Of a DNA stretch of 64,000 nucleotides, positions 1-9,872 are shown piece by piece. This DNA is from Archaeoglobales archaeon. GTDB taxonomy: Archaea; Halobacteriota; Archaeoglobi; Archaeoglobales; Archaeoglobaceae. Location of the stretch: positions 8,097 through 72,096 of the forward strand of contig QMZE01000001.1 in NCBI GenBank assembly GCA_003663025.1, written 5' to 3'. The stretch's first letter is position 1; every line of letters starts with the position of its first letter. Both the position numbers and the translations under genes were made by a program. The notes under the pieces are model-generated. The model was not told the DNA's origin and ran no database searches. It saw nothing but the letters and a program-made list of their open reading frames with translations.

Positions 1-15
1 ACTGAGGAGGAGATA

Positions 16-921
16 ATGGTTGGCGTATACCTAACTACCACAGGAACGTTGGATCCTATAGTAATTGACGATATGGGAGCGCTAACGTTCCCGCATCCGA
101 CAGTAGCATACAACTTGCTGTTAGACGTGACTGAGGATGAGATACAAAGCTCTGAGGACCTCCAGACATTAGTTACTGCGGGACATGTAACACTGGCGGA
201 TGATGCTGGAGACCCGATTACGGATGTGCATGCCGCGGGACCACACCACCATCCTATTGGAGACGTAGATAATCTGCAGACTGAGTTGGCTGCCAAGGCA
301 GATACCCCCCACGGAACTGCCGACCATACGGGGATTATCGGGACACATGCGCAAATATCGGTGGTGGGGGTCGATGACCATCATGCTGAAGACCACGCGG
401 CACGCCATGCTGATGGCGGAGCTGACGCCGTAAAGTTGGATGATCTCGCTACTCCGGACGACAATACTGATTTAGACTCCAGCACATCACGTCATGGCCT
501 TCTCCCCAAGTTAGGAGGAGGTACCTCTGATTTTTTGAGGGCAGACGGCACCTGGGTAGTTCCTGCAGGCTCCGGACCTAACGTGGACACCGTGTCCACC
601 GTTGGGGCTATTGTGACTACAATAAGCACGATACCTATCCCGGATGACACAGTACTATTATTTAAGGTTAGCGTAGTAGGCCGTCGAACAGATGCTCCAG
701 ATAGAGCTATGTATGTTCGGTGTTTCGGCGTGTACCGTGAGAGTGCGGGGGTGGCTACATTAGAAGGGGCATTGCAGACACTTCTTACTCGTGAATCAGC
801 GCCAGGCTGGGACTGCACAGTATCTGTTTCAGGCAACAATGTATTAGTACAAGTATTAGGGGGTGTAGGGCACAGTGTGGATTGGAAGTGTGAATATTTT
901 GACGGAGTGGAGGTCAGCTAA
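16..921 (+). CDS. Putative virion structural / tail-fibre-related protein
   Basis: GAGGAG SD upstream; His-rich fibre-like middle (HHHP, DDHHAEDHAARHADGG); C-terminal beta-rich domain resembling the C-termini of 25362-26885 and 26974-30141. Confidence 0.6.
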   Translation: MVGVYLTTTGTLDPIVIDDMGALTFPHPTVAYNLLLDVTEDEIQSSEDLQTLVTAGHVTLADDAGDPITDVHAAGPHHHPIGDVDNLQTELAAKADTPHGTADHTGIIGTHAQISVVGVDDHHAEDHAARHADGGADAVKLDDLATPDDNTDLDSSTSRHGLLPKLGGGTSDFLRADGTWVVPAGSGPNVDTVSTVGAIVTTISTIPIPDDTVLLFKVSVVGRRTDAPDRAMYVRCFGVYRESAGVATLEGALQTLLTRESAPGWDCTVSVSGNNVLVQVLGGVGHSVDWKCEYFDGVEVS

Positions 922-3900
922 TGTCCATCACGGGGACCACAGATCTAGGTAACGGGGTGTTGGCGGTCACGGTAGATCATGATCCAACCTCGGTTGCTAC
1001 GGACGCACCTGAAGGCTCAATAATACTGCAAGAAGGTACCTCGGACTGGTACAAAAAAGAAGACGACGGTGTTTCTACGAATGTAAGTATCTTAGGTGCT
1101 AAGTACGGCAATACGCTCCTCGTGGCTAAGACAGGCGGGGATTACGACACTATTCAAGCTGCGATTAATGCGTCCGGTGCCAATGATACGATCATTATCC
1201 ACCCCGGTACGTACATAGAAGCCGTGACGACTAAAGCTGGAGGCTCCACGACGTTGGTTGGTGAGGGTGCGATGGGTAGTGTAGTCATCCAGCAGGATGC
1301 TGCAACGGTGATGACCGTACCGGCGACTCCAATGACAATGGCGTTTATCAAGAATATCAAATTGAAGTCCAATGCGGTAGGTGCGGATCCTTCAAAGCTA
1401 TTGGTGGGTGCCGGGCTGATGATGCTGTTCAGTGAAGTGGCTTTTGACTACGATATGAACAACGGCTACTGCTCCAGCATCGTAACGCTGAACGCTGGGA
1501 ACACTATTTTCACTAACTGTAAATTCGACTTTGACGGAGTTGGAACAGCTGGTGCCGAAAGTAATTTCGTCACTACTGCAGGGGCGGCAATGTTCGCCAT
1601 CATGCAGGGGTTCGGCACGATGAGCGTTACTGCGGTTACAGCTTCTGAGAACCTGCATTTTATTAAAGACCTTTCTTCCGGAGCAAATAACATAAGGGAT
1701 TTTGATTGTAGATTAGATGCTTCGGGTGCGTCGTTTGCTGGTAGTTTAGATTTTTATTACGGTGAAAACTCCGGTTCGGTAGAGCTTCAGTCGAATAAGC
1801 TTCTTATCTCGACGCCCAGCGGTGCGGTAGGCTCATATGGTAGAGCTTACCGTCTTGCAGGTACGGGAGGAGGAGCGGTCCACTCGTCGGGCAATAGGGT
1901 CGAGGTAGCAGGGTTTGCGGATAACTACTTTGCCGATATTAGTGCAACCGAGACGCTGTATTCACACTTTGATGATGTGGTTGCGGCGCAGGGAACAATT
2001 GATGCGGGAACTTATCGCTACGTGAACTCGCCTTCAAATGGTGACCTGCAGCTTTCAGGTGTTGTCATTCCGAATACAATTGATGTAACGTCAGATTACG
2101 GTGCAACTGAGAGTTGGGTATTTAACGAGGCGTACTGCGATAGTTCCAGCGCATTGACTATGACGTTCCCAGTACCAGCAAGTATGGTCTATTTTCCAAA
2201 TGGCTCGCGGAGAATGATGTTCAACAACGGAACCGGGACGGTCTATATCGACCCGAACGGTAACGACATTGATGGGTCTCCTGTTGAGCGCATGATTCAG
2301 CCAAACGGCTGGTTGCATATTGGAAAAATAGACGACGAGATTCGTGTGTTGGATAGCTCGCTGTTTTCAGTCGCTATAGTTCCGACAGACATATCGAATT
2401 TGGAATTGTGGGTGGATTTCAGTGATGCTTCGACGCTTACGATGAGCGGGTCAAGCATTACGGGAGTTGTCTCAAAAGACCCCAGCAGCCACGCCAGTGT
2501 TAGCGTAACTAGCGTACTCGCAGAACTTTCAGCATTGAACGGTAAGCAGGTTGCTGATTTTGGTGTTGGCACGAATAACTCGAATGTTGATTTTGGTGAT
2601 TTGGAAGTACACGATAACACCCGCGGACTGCACGTTATCGTTGTGGCTCAAGCCAACTCTACGAATGATATGTTGGTCGCCAAGTATGGGTCGTCCAGCT
2701 TGCGTGAGTGGTATATGGGGACAAGTGTTTTTAGGAACTACGAGCTTGCTACGGGCGGCACACAAGGCTCTGCTAATTTGAATATCAGTGATATGGAGTG
2801 GTCTGTCTATGAGGCCAAGTGGGCACCGGGCGCGATAGTCAAGACCTGGATGAACGGTATCGCTTACGGAACAGACTATAGCGTGCCTAACTCGATGGCA
2901 GACACTGCTGCTAATCTGTATTTGGGGGCCTACAATACAGGGACAAGCAGTGAGCTTTCCGGCAAAATTGCCGAAGTCATTATTTACAGTGATAATCTTA
3001 CAGAGAATGAACGTGCAGGGCTGGTTAGTTATTTGTCGGGAAAATACGGACTAGCTCTCAATCCCCCGGGTCAGTCAGCAGAACTCAATGACTTGAAAGA
3101 TGTTGATGCTCCAAACCCGAATCCAGGTGCTAAGCTGTTTTACAACGAAGGCACGCATACGTGGGAACAAGAGCCTCTGCCGATTTTAGTGTACAAAGAG
3201 GTTATCTGTGCTGATTGGGCACCGACTTTGGATGATATTTACGACTTCGGTTCTACTTTGATAATTAATGCTCGGGTGAGTTTCACCAGCTTTGTTGGGA
3301 ACGCAACTGTCGCAGTGCTCAACGGGCTGACTCCCACAGCAGGAGATGCTTATCTAGTTACAGACGCAGGAACACTGACAACGGGTTCCCTGGCGGTAGT
3401 TGCGGGAGACGTTGTAGTGTACAGCGGCACTGCCTGGGTAATGGGTAAGGGAGTAGGTAGCAGTGGGTACGCACAACAGGGGGTGCGTTTCCAGCTGTCA
3501 AGTGTCACGACCCTTATCGCACCGTACACGGGTTATTCAGGTGGCGAGTATCTGTATTTTGATGGCACGAGTAACACCGGAGTGGACACGGCACTGGACG
3601 TAGTTCTTACGCTGCCAGCGCCCACAGGACTCCCAGCACATGACGGGATGCTGCGAAGGTTGTATCTGGGAATCATGAGCGACACTGAATACGGTAAAGT
3701 AGATATAGAGATAGCGAGCAGCGGTGTTTTTTCGGATGGACTAGAGAAGGCAGAGCTCCGCAAAGATGGATCTACTGTTATGCTCGCGGCGTTTAACGCT
3801 GCGTTGCAATCTACCTGGCAACGTATTTCCAGTATGAAAGATGTAATGCAAATTCGGCGTGCCGCTACCTGGGCGGCTGCGAATTTCAGTACAGCTACTG

Positions 3901-4262
3901 CTCTTCCGTTCGACACGGCCGACACTGAGAACAACGACGCGGTATCGGAGTGGGCGATCACGCCGAATCCAAGTTATGTTTCGATAAATTACACGAGTCG
4001 GTACACCGTTTCCGGCTTTGCTTCATTAGATTCTACGGGCGGTAGTACGTGGACATGTGATGCGTACCTGGCAGTAAACGGGACCGAAGTAAGCGGCACC
4101 CGAATACGTACTGGCAACTATGGAGGGGAAGATCAAGCCCTCACACTTTCTCCGATGGTACTAGACCTTGAGGATGGGGACTATCTTGAGTGGGTGTTCG
4201 ATCAGGCAAGTTTGACTGGGAATCTGCGCGCAGCCACCTTATCTGTGGTATGTGATTATTAG
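921..4262 (+). CDS. Tail fibre/spike protein (beta-helix-like region plus LamG/ConA-like domain)
   Basis: VAKTGGDYDTIQAAIN..I.IHPGTYIE is a typical beta-helix entry motif; LELWVDFSD...LYLGA...GKIAEVIIYS...YLSGKYGL resembles LamG-like lectin domains; TAATG coupling to upstream gene. Confidence 0.7.
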   Translation: MSITGTTDLGNGVLAVTVDHDPTSVATDAPEGSIILQEGTSDWYKKEDDGVSTNVSILGAKYGNTLLVAKTGGDYDTIQAAINASGANDTIIIHPGTYIEAVTTKAGGSTTLVGEGAMGSVVIQQDAATVMTVPATPMTMAFIKNIKLKSNAVGADPSKLLVGAGLMMLFSEVAFDYDMNNGYCSSIVTLNAGNTIFTNCKFDFDGVGTAGAESNFVTTAGAAMFAIMQGFGTMSVTAVTASENLHFIKDLSSGANNIRDFDCRLDASGASFAGSLDFYYGENSGSVELQSNKLLISTPSGAVGSYGRAYRLAGTGGGAVHSSGNRVEVAGFADNYFADISATETLYSHFDDVVAAQGTIDAGTYRYVNSPSNGDLQLSGVVIPNTIDVTSDYGATESWVFNEAYCDSSSALTMTFPVPASMVYFPNGSRRMMFNNGTGTVYIDPNGNDIDGSPVERMIQPNGWLHIGKIDDEIRVLDSSLFSVAIVPTDISNLELWVDFSDASTLTMSGSSITGVVSKDPSSHASVSVTSVLAELSALNGKQVADFGVGTNNSNVDFGDLEVHDNTRGLHVIVVAQANSTNDMLVAKYGSSSLREWYMGTSVFRNYELATGGTQGSANLNISDMEWSVYEAKWAPGAIVKTWMNGIAYGTDYSVPNSMADTAANLYLGAYNTGTSSELSGKIAEVIIYSDNLTENERAGLVSYLSGKYGLALNPPGQSAELNDLKDVDAPNPNPGAKLFYNEGTHTWEQEPLPILVYKEVICADWAPTLDDIYDFGSTLIINARVSFTSFVGNATVAVLNGLTPTAGDAYLVTDAGTLTTGSLAVVAGDVVVYSGTAWVMGKGVGSSGYAQQGVRFQLSSVTTLIAPYTGYSGGEYLYFDGTSNTGVDTALDVVLTLPAPTGLPAHDGMLRRLYLGIMSDTEYGKVDIEIASSGVFSDGLEKAELRKDGSTVMLAAFNAALQSTWQRISSMKDVMQIRRAATWAAANFSTATALPFDTADTENNDAVSEWAITPNPSYVSINYTSRYTVSGFASLDSTGGSTWTCDAYLAVNGTEVSGTRIRTGNYGGEDQALTLSPMVLDLEDGDYLEWVFDQASLTGNLRAATLSVVCDY

Positions 4263-4271
4263 GAGGCGGAA

Positions 4272-4742
4272 ATGGCACGGACAGAGTATACGTATTCAAA
4301 CTTAGTGGAGCTTCCGTGCTTTGCGTACATAGATGAGTACTTAGGACTTTCCAGTATGGCAAACAAGGACATGGTTGATATCTCAGTTAACCCTGAGCAA
4401 CGATGGCTTAAAGTCTGGTTTGATCCTGAGTTAAGTGTTGCAGATAAAGCGTTGTTCGATACAATAGTAGCGGACAGTCTTGGGAAGATAAGTGTTAAGA
4501 AGAGTAGAGAGGCTATCATGGCTGAGATACTTACGGCAGCATCTTCGGACCAGGAGCAAATGGGACGTTTACTGGACGCGCTGGACGACTACACGTCCAT
4601 GTCTATCGCCTTAGACGGCAGGAATTACGCCTTAGCTCGTTCGCGCGTGCAGAAGGTATATCTTGACGGTAAAATTACGGAGGCAGACAGGGACCTGGTA
4701 CTAGCATGTATCCCTGCTGACTCGTATGTATTGGAGAATTGA
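4272..4742 (+). CDS. Hypothetical protein, possible fibre chaperone
   Basis: AGGAGG SD; small acidic helical protein directly after a fibre gene. Confidence 0.5.
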   Translation: MARTEYTYSNLVELPCFAYIDEYLGLSSMANKDMVDISVNPEQRWLKVWFDPELSVADKALFDTIVADSLGKISVKKSREAIMAEILTAASSDQEQMGRLLDALDDYTSMSIALDGRNYALARSRVQKVYLDGKITEADRDLVLACIPADSYVLEN

Positions 4743-6136
4743 TGGCTGTTTTAGGTACTACAGATATGGGAAGAGGGGCGCGTACGCTTTTAGTCGACCA
4801 CGACCCTTTTGTAGTGGCGACAGATGCCCCCACAGGGGCCCTTATCGTTAGAGAGGGGTCGTCGACATGGTATCGAAAGCTCGACGATGGGCTCACCACT
4901 AACGTTGCGATAGATGAAGTTCCTAGTGCTGCTGCTAAATTAGAATACGGCTCTTTTTGTGTTGCCAGGGCGAATCAGGATTCTTGGAACCAAACGACAT
5001 TGCGGGAGTGGATTTATTACCACGCAGCAGACATAAAACGTAATGTAAGTTCTTATTTTGGGAGTTGTTTTTTTGATGTTGTAGAGTTGGATGATTCTTC
5101 AGTCTACAGCACGTGGGAGAAGTTGCAGTTTGCAGATGTTGCAGCAATGTACACTTTTATACGCGACAATTTTGCAGAGAGCATTTCTAATCCTGGGACG
5201 CCTGCACGCCATGCGTATGTTCGAGTCTACGACATGGTGGGTCCGCAGGTTCCTAATATAGATAAAATATACGGAATTAATAAGTTTTACTCCGTATTGC
5301 GGGGCAGCAAAAACTACAGAAGTAACCCTTACTGCCTTACGTCTACTCCTAGTTGGGACTTCTTTGCTCCATGGTTCAACGATTTGTGTAACCAAAATTT
5401 CGGGTTTGGCAGCGGGCACACATATAGTGCGGGAGACGAAAGTGCACTGTGGCTAAGTCGAAATGAGCGAAAAAGATATGGGCTGCCTCATCCCGGATTC
5501 AGTTCTTACTTACAGTCTAATGTAGATAGAGCAATCTGGAACTGGGGAGATTCTAGTTTTTCCAGTCTCCCTACCCCGACAAGGTACGATAATGACCCGG
5601 CGCCTAATGGCTCAAGACATACATATTGCGGGCTACATACACAAGCGATTTCATCCTGGGAATGGGTAGATAGCGGGCCGTCATTAGGATTAGGTATTGG
5701 CAGTATGGATAGAAGCTGGTTAGCATTGTACCACTTACAGAGCGGGATTGATTCTAACCACAGGGCAATTATGCTTAAGCCAGTAGGGATAGATCAGGCA
5801 GGACTGAACTGGTTTGATAGTAGCAGTTACGACATATGTGCTCTGTACACCAGAAAGAACTCTACTCCTATTATGCGACAGCTCTCGTTGGCAGGGTCAA
5901 GGGTAAGTACTGTACGTGACCTTGTGTGGTTGGACATTACACAGTGGCGTCCTCCGAATCACGGACAATCACCTTCGGATTTGAGTATGAATATGGTAGG
6001 GGAGCAGCCGTACATTACCCAGTTTATGTTGCGGGACAAAGTTACACGGGAAGTATCTCCGGCTTCAAAACCTAGGATAGTGTTGTCGCAGAGACATAGA
6101 GACGCACCTTATAAGTATGAGGTAAAGCGTCCATAG
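4742..6136 (+). CDS. Putative tail appendage / receptor-binding protein
   Basis: First ~57 aa clearly homologous to N-terminus of 921-4262 (GTTD.G.G....VDHDP..VATDAP.G..I..EG.S.WY.K.DDG..TNV); ATG overlaps upstream stop. Confidence 0.6.
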   Translation: MAVLGTTDMGRGARTLLVDHDPFVVATDAPTGALIVREGSSTWYRKLDDGLTTNVAIDEVPSAAAKLEYGSFCVARANQDSWNQTTLREWIYYHAADIKRNVSSYFGSCFFDVVELDDSSVYSTWEKLQFADVAAMYTFIRDNFAESISNPGTPARHAYVRVYDMVGPQVPNIDKIYGINKFYSVLRGSKNYRSNPYCLTSTPSWDFFAPWFNDLCNQNFGFGSGHTYSAGDESALWLSRNERKRYGLPHPGFSSYLQSNVDRAIWNWGDSSFSSLPTPTRYDNDPAPNGSRHTYCGLHTQAISSWEWVDSGPSLGLGIGSMDRSWLALYHLQSGIDSNHRAIMLKPVGIDQAGLNWFDSSSYDICALYTRKNSTPIMRQLSLAGSRVSTVRDLVWLDITQWRPPNHGQSPSDLSMNMVGEQPYITQFMLRDKVTREVSPASKPRIVLSQRHRDAPYKYEVKRP

Positions 6137-6144
6137 TTTAAGTG

Positions 6145-6231
6145 GTGGTCTGTCTGGTTAAAGTCAGGCTACATATGGCGTGTATGGTTAAAATCGCGCC
6201 GCATTTGGTCTGTTTGGTTAAAGTCAGGCCA
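6145..6231 (+). ncRNA. Three tandem 30-nt stem-loops with conserved T-N-TGGTTAAA-R-T loop (structured RNA candidate)
   Basis: Stems 6145-52/6165-72, 6176-82/6195-6201, 6206-12/6225-31; compensatory changes between copies; G-U pairs only work on + strand. Confidence 0.6.
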
Positions 6232-6286
6232 TCTAACATTATGCTCAGTATTTCTGGGCTTAAGATACAGGGAAAGGGTACATTAC

Positions 6287-6841
6287 ATGTCTGGTTCTAA
6301 ACATATGCTAGTGTGCCTCACGGCTTCTGACGGTTTTATCGGTAGCGCTATCCGAGGCGTAACTGAGAGCAATGTGAACCATGCGTTCATTGCGTTTTAC
6401 AGCAAAGAACATAAGAGCTGGCAGGCGCTACAGACAGATCATCGTGGGCTAGTGCAGGTTCCGGCAAAGACTTTAGATTATAGGTCTATTGAGTGTTACA
6501 TGTTCCCTGACCTGGACCTGACGACAGCACTCCCTGAGTGTGGAGACCTTATCGGAGACTCTTATGATTTTATCGGGATCGCCGGCTTCCTAATTAAGAT
6601 ATGTGTATGGCGACTTACAGGGCGTCGTATAGTGAATCCATTACATAAAAAAGGCGAGTTATTCTGCTCGGAATTCGCCGTCGAATACTTACAGAAAGTT
6701 GCTGGGATGTATTCCTGGATGAAGATGGTTAAGCCTTCCGGCGTAGCTCCTGGAGGACTAAGCTCTAGTCTGGGCGTCCCCTCTCTTAAAGAAATGCTGC
6801 AAACACACGATGAGGTGTCTAGGGTAGATTGCCCTTGGTAG
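6287..6841 (+). CDS. Permuted papain-like (YiiX/YaeF, NlpC/P60 superfamily) enzyme
   Basis: N-terminal His (NHAFI), YDF, and C-terminal LFCSEF catalytic Cys in the permuted order. Confidence 0.7.
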   Translation: MSGSKHMLVCLTASDGFIGSAIRGVTESNVNHAFIAFYSKEHKSWQALQTDHRGLVQVPAKTLDYRSIECYMFPDLDLTTALPECGDLIGDSYDFIGIAGFLIKICVWRLTGRRIVNPLHKKGELFCSEFAVEYLQKVAGMYSWMKMVKPSGVAPGGLSSSLGVPSLKEMLQTHDEVSRVDCPW

Positions 6842-6850
6842 GAGGACAGT

Positions 6851-7393
6851 ATGGTACAGGGGAGCTCGTCAGTCCCTCCCGGCGCTAAGAGGTCCAGTAC
6901 TTCTTTGTACCGGGACTCGTTAAAGGACAAAGCGAATAAAGAATGGGTGGAGGTAATAGTGGAAGCGTTAAAAGAGGATATTGTCGAGACTAAAAAGATC
7001 GCAATAAGCGGGAAGCGTAAGGCTGACCAGCCACATAGCTGCCTGCATGAGGATGATATCAAGGGTCTCGCCAAAGCGGTTAATGGCTGGAAGACTCTGA
7101 AGTTTGGCGCTGCAATTGGGTTTGTGGTTATCCTGGCAGGAGCCATAGCGCAATATTACGCTCTGACAGATAAGACGGAAGACACTGCGCAGGACGTTAA
7201 GCAGGTAACGGAGTCTGTAGAGATAATCAAAGGTGAGGTGCAGGCTGTAGCGGGAGCCATGGACGAGCATCTCGAGCAGTATGAAGAACAGAAGCGCACA
7301 GCCGACATTGAGAAGGCAGTTGAGCTCCAGGCTATATCAGACATTGTACGTGCTGCCATAGAAGAAACCTCCTCCCGAAGACGCCCTAAGTAG
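6851..7393 (+). CDS. Single-pass membrane coiled-coil protein (possible lysis accessory)
   Basis: GGAGG SD; one hydrophobic segment FGAAIGFVVILAGAIA followed by coiled-coil. Confidence 0.5.
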   Translation: MVQGSSSVPPGAKRSSTSLYRDSLKDKANKEWVEVIVEALKEDIVETKKIAISGKRKADQPHSCLHEDDIKGLAKAVNGWKTLKFGAAIGFVVILAGAIAQYYALTDKTEDTAQDVKQVTESVEIIKGEVQAVAGAMDEHLEQYEEQKRTADIEKAVELQAISDIVRAAIEETSSRRRPK

Positions 7394-7395
7394 CG

Positions 7396-7752
7396 ATGTA
7401 CCAGTATAGAGCAGAGGTAGTGTACGTTGTTGATGGAGACACTATTGACGTTGCAGTAGACCTGGGGTTCAAACACACCCAGGAAATGCGGTTACGCCTC
7501 GCAGGAATAGATACCTGGGAGCTACGAGGAGAAGAGCGTGCGAAGGGGCTAGTGGCGAAGGAGTACGTACTGGAGACCTTCGCGAATATGGACCCTGAAG
7601 ATTACGTGGTAATCCGCACGAAAAAAGATAAGCAGGGGAAGTATGGAAGATATATCGCTACTGTCCTTATTATGGGTAGGGATGATACTGAACTACTTAA
7701 CCTCAACGATGCTCTAGTAGAGGAGGGCCATGCCAGGAGAGTGCCCTGGTGA
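7396..7752 (+). CDS. Thermonuclease (SNase) family nuclease
   Basis: VVDGDTIDV, RLRLAGIDT.E, GKYGRY.A, LN..LV.EG.A motifs. Confidence 0.9.
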   Translation: MYQYRAEVVYVVDGDTIDVAVDLGFKHTQEMRLRLAGIDTWELRGEERAKGLVAKEYVLETFANMDPEDYVVIRTKKDKQGKYGRYIATVLIMGRDDTELLNLNDALVEEGHARRVPW

Positions 7753-7877
7753 CCCTTTGGGATAAAGTACTTCGAGTGGTAACTGTCTTCACATTCACAG
7801 TGGTGATCGTTTTTTTGTTTTTCTGGGTCTCATTTCTGCTAGACTGTTTCTACGTATAATTGGGAGGAGGAGCGGCC

Positions 7878-8855
7878 ATGCCTTTCGAGTCCAAAGCACA
7901 GCAACGCTGGATGTTCGCTAAGCATCCTGCGATGGCAAAAGAGTGGGCGGCCCATACTCCTGGTATAAAGAAGCTACCGGAGAAGAAGATGAAGAAAAAG
8001 AACTCAGGGACCCGGAAAGTAGGAATGCTTGCAGCGCAGGAGCCTAACCTAGGTACTCCAGATCCTACAGGCGGGACTCAGATGTCCACCACTGCAGCAC
8101 AGATGAGTAATGCACAGAACCTTACTCCCAAGCTGACAGTACCTAAGCCTCCGGAGCAGGCCAGCGGCGGCACACTAGGAAAGCAGAGTATGGCGGCATC
8201 TCCTGCACGCAACACTTCTACGATCCCATTTAGAGAAGACGGCAGCGCCCCTGCTATACCTGATGGTACAAATAACGAGATGAATGTGTTGGAAGGGGAG
8301 ACGTCTGCGTTTGATTCTGACGACAGACTGGAGAACGATTATAGTCTGGAGACTATGGGGTATTCTACTCCAGCACTTCCAAATGCGGAGGGAGAACACG
8401 CGATGCGTACCACTACAAAAGTAAGTAATGAGCTGGAAGGCTTGCTCAATCATCTGGGAGCCACAGAAGAGAAGACTGCAGGGATCAGCCCTAAGATGGT
8501 TAAGTCTCTGATCTCTTCAGGATCATCTCTAAGTACTTTCCACGATCACGAAAAGGAAAGAAAGTCTCGCCGTAAGAAGGGAATGCTCACAAAAGTTTCC
8601 GAAGGGTCTGGCCCGATGGATGAGATGAAAGCGCAGCATATGACAGAAGCGCACGAGCAGAAGATGCGCCATAACGAAGAGATACATCAGCTTAAAATAC
8701 AGAATATGGGGCAGTCACAACAGGCCGGAGCCGAAGAAGGCGTGGAGGAACTTCCTCCTCCCCCAGCACCCCTCGAGCCTGAGCATGAGCAATCAGTGCT
8801 GCAAACTGCCCTTCAGAACCTGAAGGACAAGCAAGTACAGATGGGTCCTTTGTAA
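7878..8855 (+). CDS. Hypothetical, largely disordered protein (possible internal head protein)
   Basis: TATAAT at 7855-7860 and GGAGGAG SD before ATG 7878; MPFESKAQQRWMFAKHP N-terminus; several K-x-[AS] motifs. Confidence 0.6.
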   Translation: MPFESKAQQRWMFAKHPAMAKEWAAHTPGIKKLPEKKMKKKNSGTRKVGMLAAQEPNLGTPDPTGGTQMSTTAAQMSNAQNLTPKLTVPKPPEQASGGTLGKQSMAASPARNTSTIPFREDGSAPAIPDGTNNEMNVLEGETSAFDSDDRLENDYSLETMGYSTPALPNAEGEHAMRTTTKVSNELEGLLNHLGATEEKTAGISPKMVKSLISSGSSLSTFHDHEKERKSRRKKGMLTKVSEGSGPMDEMKAQHMTEAHEQKMRHNEEIHQLKIQNMGQSQQAGAEEGVEELPPPPAPLEPEHEQSVLQTALQNLKDKQVQMGPL

Positions 8856-8913
8856 CGTTTTTTTCCTAGACATTTTCTCTTTACCCCGTAAACTTACGTA
8901 CAAGTCACACCCT

Positions 8914-8979
8914 CGACCGTCGCTAATTGGCACTAAGTTGTTCAGATGCAGAAAAGAAAAAACTTAGCTGGCGCGGTCG
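8914..8979 (+). promoter_or_regulatory. Long imperfect intergenic hairpin (terminator-like or leader element)
   Basis: CGACCG/CGGTCG, CGCTA/TGGCG and CTAAGTT/AACTTAG nested arms, followed by TTTGTCTTTT. Confidence 0.4.
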
Positions 8980-9003
8980 TTTGTCTTTTGTTATGGTACG
9001 ACA

Positions 9004-9288
9004 ATGGATATCAAACTTGAGTTTGAACACATCCCTGCGTATGTCTTGGATTACGTGAAGAATCAGGCCGAGGCGTACATAGACGCAGAACCTGAGGCCT
9101 CAGATAAGCTGGGGCTCCCTCTTCTCATAGACGATATACTGTTTGCCATTGAAGAGCACGCAGGCTACCCGGAAGAGCAGATTGCCCACTTGTTTGTGCT
9201 CTGGACTAACCTAACCTCTGCTATCGCTCGACTGGATATTCTGGTTGCCGCACGTAAACAACGCGGAAACGCGGGTATAAGTGGATAA
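9004..9288 (+). CDS. Hypothetical protein
   Basis: 94-aa ORF filling the intergenic space. Confidence 0.5.
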   Translation: MDIKLEFEHIPAYVLDYVKNQAEAYIDAEPEASDKLGLPLLIDDILFAIEEHAGYPEEQIAHLFVLWTNLTSAIARLDILVAARKQRGNAGISG

Positions 9289-9304
9289 CGTAAGGAGGAA
9301 TATT

Positions 9305-9625
9305 GTGTCGCAGAAAAAAATTAAGAAGGACATAAAAGAGCTGGTGGAGAAGCTAGAAGTAAGCGCTCCTCAGCTGCTGGAGATGATTCAACAACAGACT
9401 GTTACCAACATGCATTTGAAAATCCTGAATGACGCGTTGATACGTGAAGTCATGAAGGGGTTTGATAGCATAACGGAACGGTTGTGTGCTCTCGAAGACA
9501 AGGCCTTTGGAGAGAACAAAGGGGCCTTCAAGCTCGAGGATACATATCAGAAAGAGATGCAGGTCAGTCCGGAAGAGGCTGCAGACCTGCGAGCAAAACT
9601 CAAGAAGTACAAGGAGACATCTTAA
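9305..9625 (+). CDS. Hypothetical coiled-coil protein
   Basis: AAGGAGG SD precedes GTG at 9305, in frame with ORF 9281-9625. Confidence 0.55.
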   Translation: MSQKKIKKDIKELVEKLEVSAPQLLEMIQQQTVTNMHLKILNDALIREVMKGFDSITERLCALEDKAFGENKGAFKLEDTYQKEMQVSPEEAADLRAKLKKYKETS

Positions 9626-9861
9626 TGTACCGATGTAACTACTGTAAGAAAAGTGCACCACTTAGGCAGTCGAGACTGCTCGTGACGGAGTACCGTCAGG
9701 TCGGAAACGCAGATAACCCACGCAAGGAGATCGCAAAAGAGACTCCTGCGTGCGAGGAATGTCATGCTCGAGAGTCTGCGCTTCCATCTCCCAGCCAGTT
9801 GACCTATAATCTGGAGAGTGTCTTAGGACACGTAGCTGTTACGCTACAGGCCGCAGATTAG
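9625..9861 (+). CDS. Small zinc-ribbon protein
   Basis: CNYC...CEEC motifs; ATG 9625 overlaps upstream TAA, AAGGAG SD. Confidence 0.6.
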   Translation: MYRCNYCKKSAPLRQSRLLVTEYRQVGNADNPRKEIAKETPACEECHARESALPSPSQLTYNLESVLGHVAVTLQAAD

Positions 9862-9872
9862 AAGGAGAAGCT

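Noticed and set aside
6145-6231. CRISPR array
   Set aside because: Units are contiguous 30-mers with no unique spacers, only three copies, and no cas genes in the window
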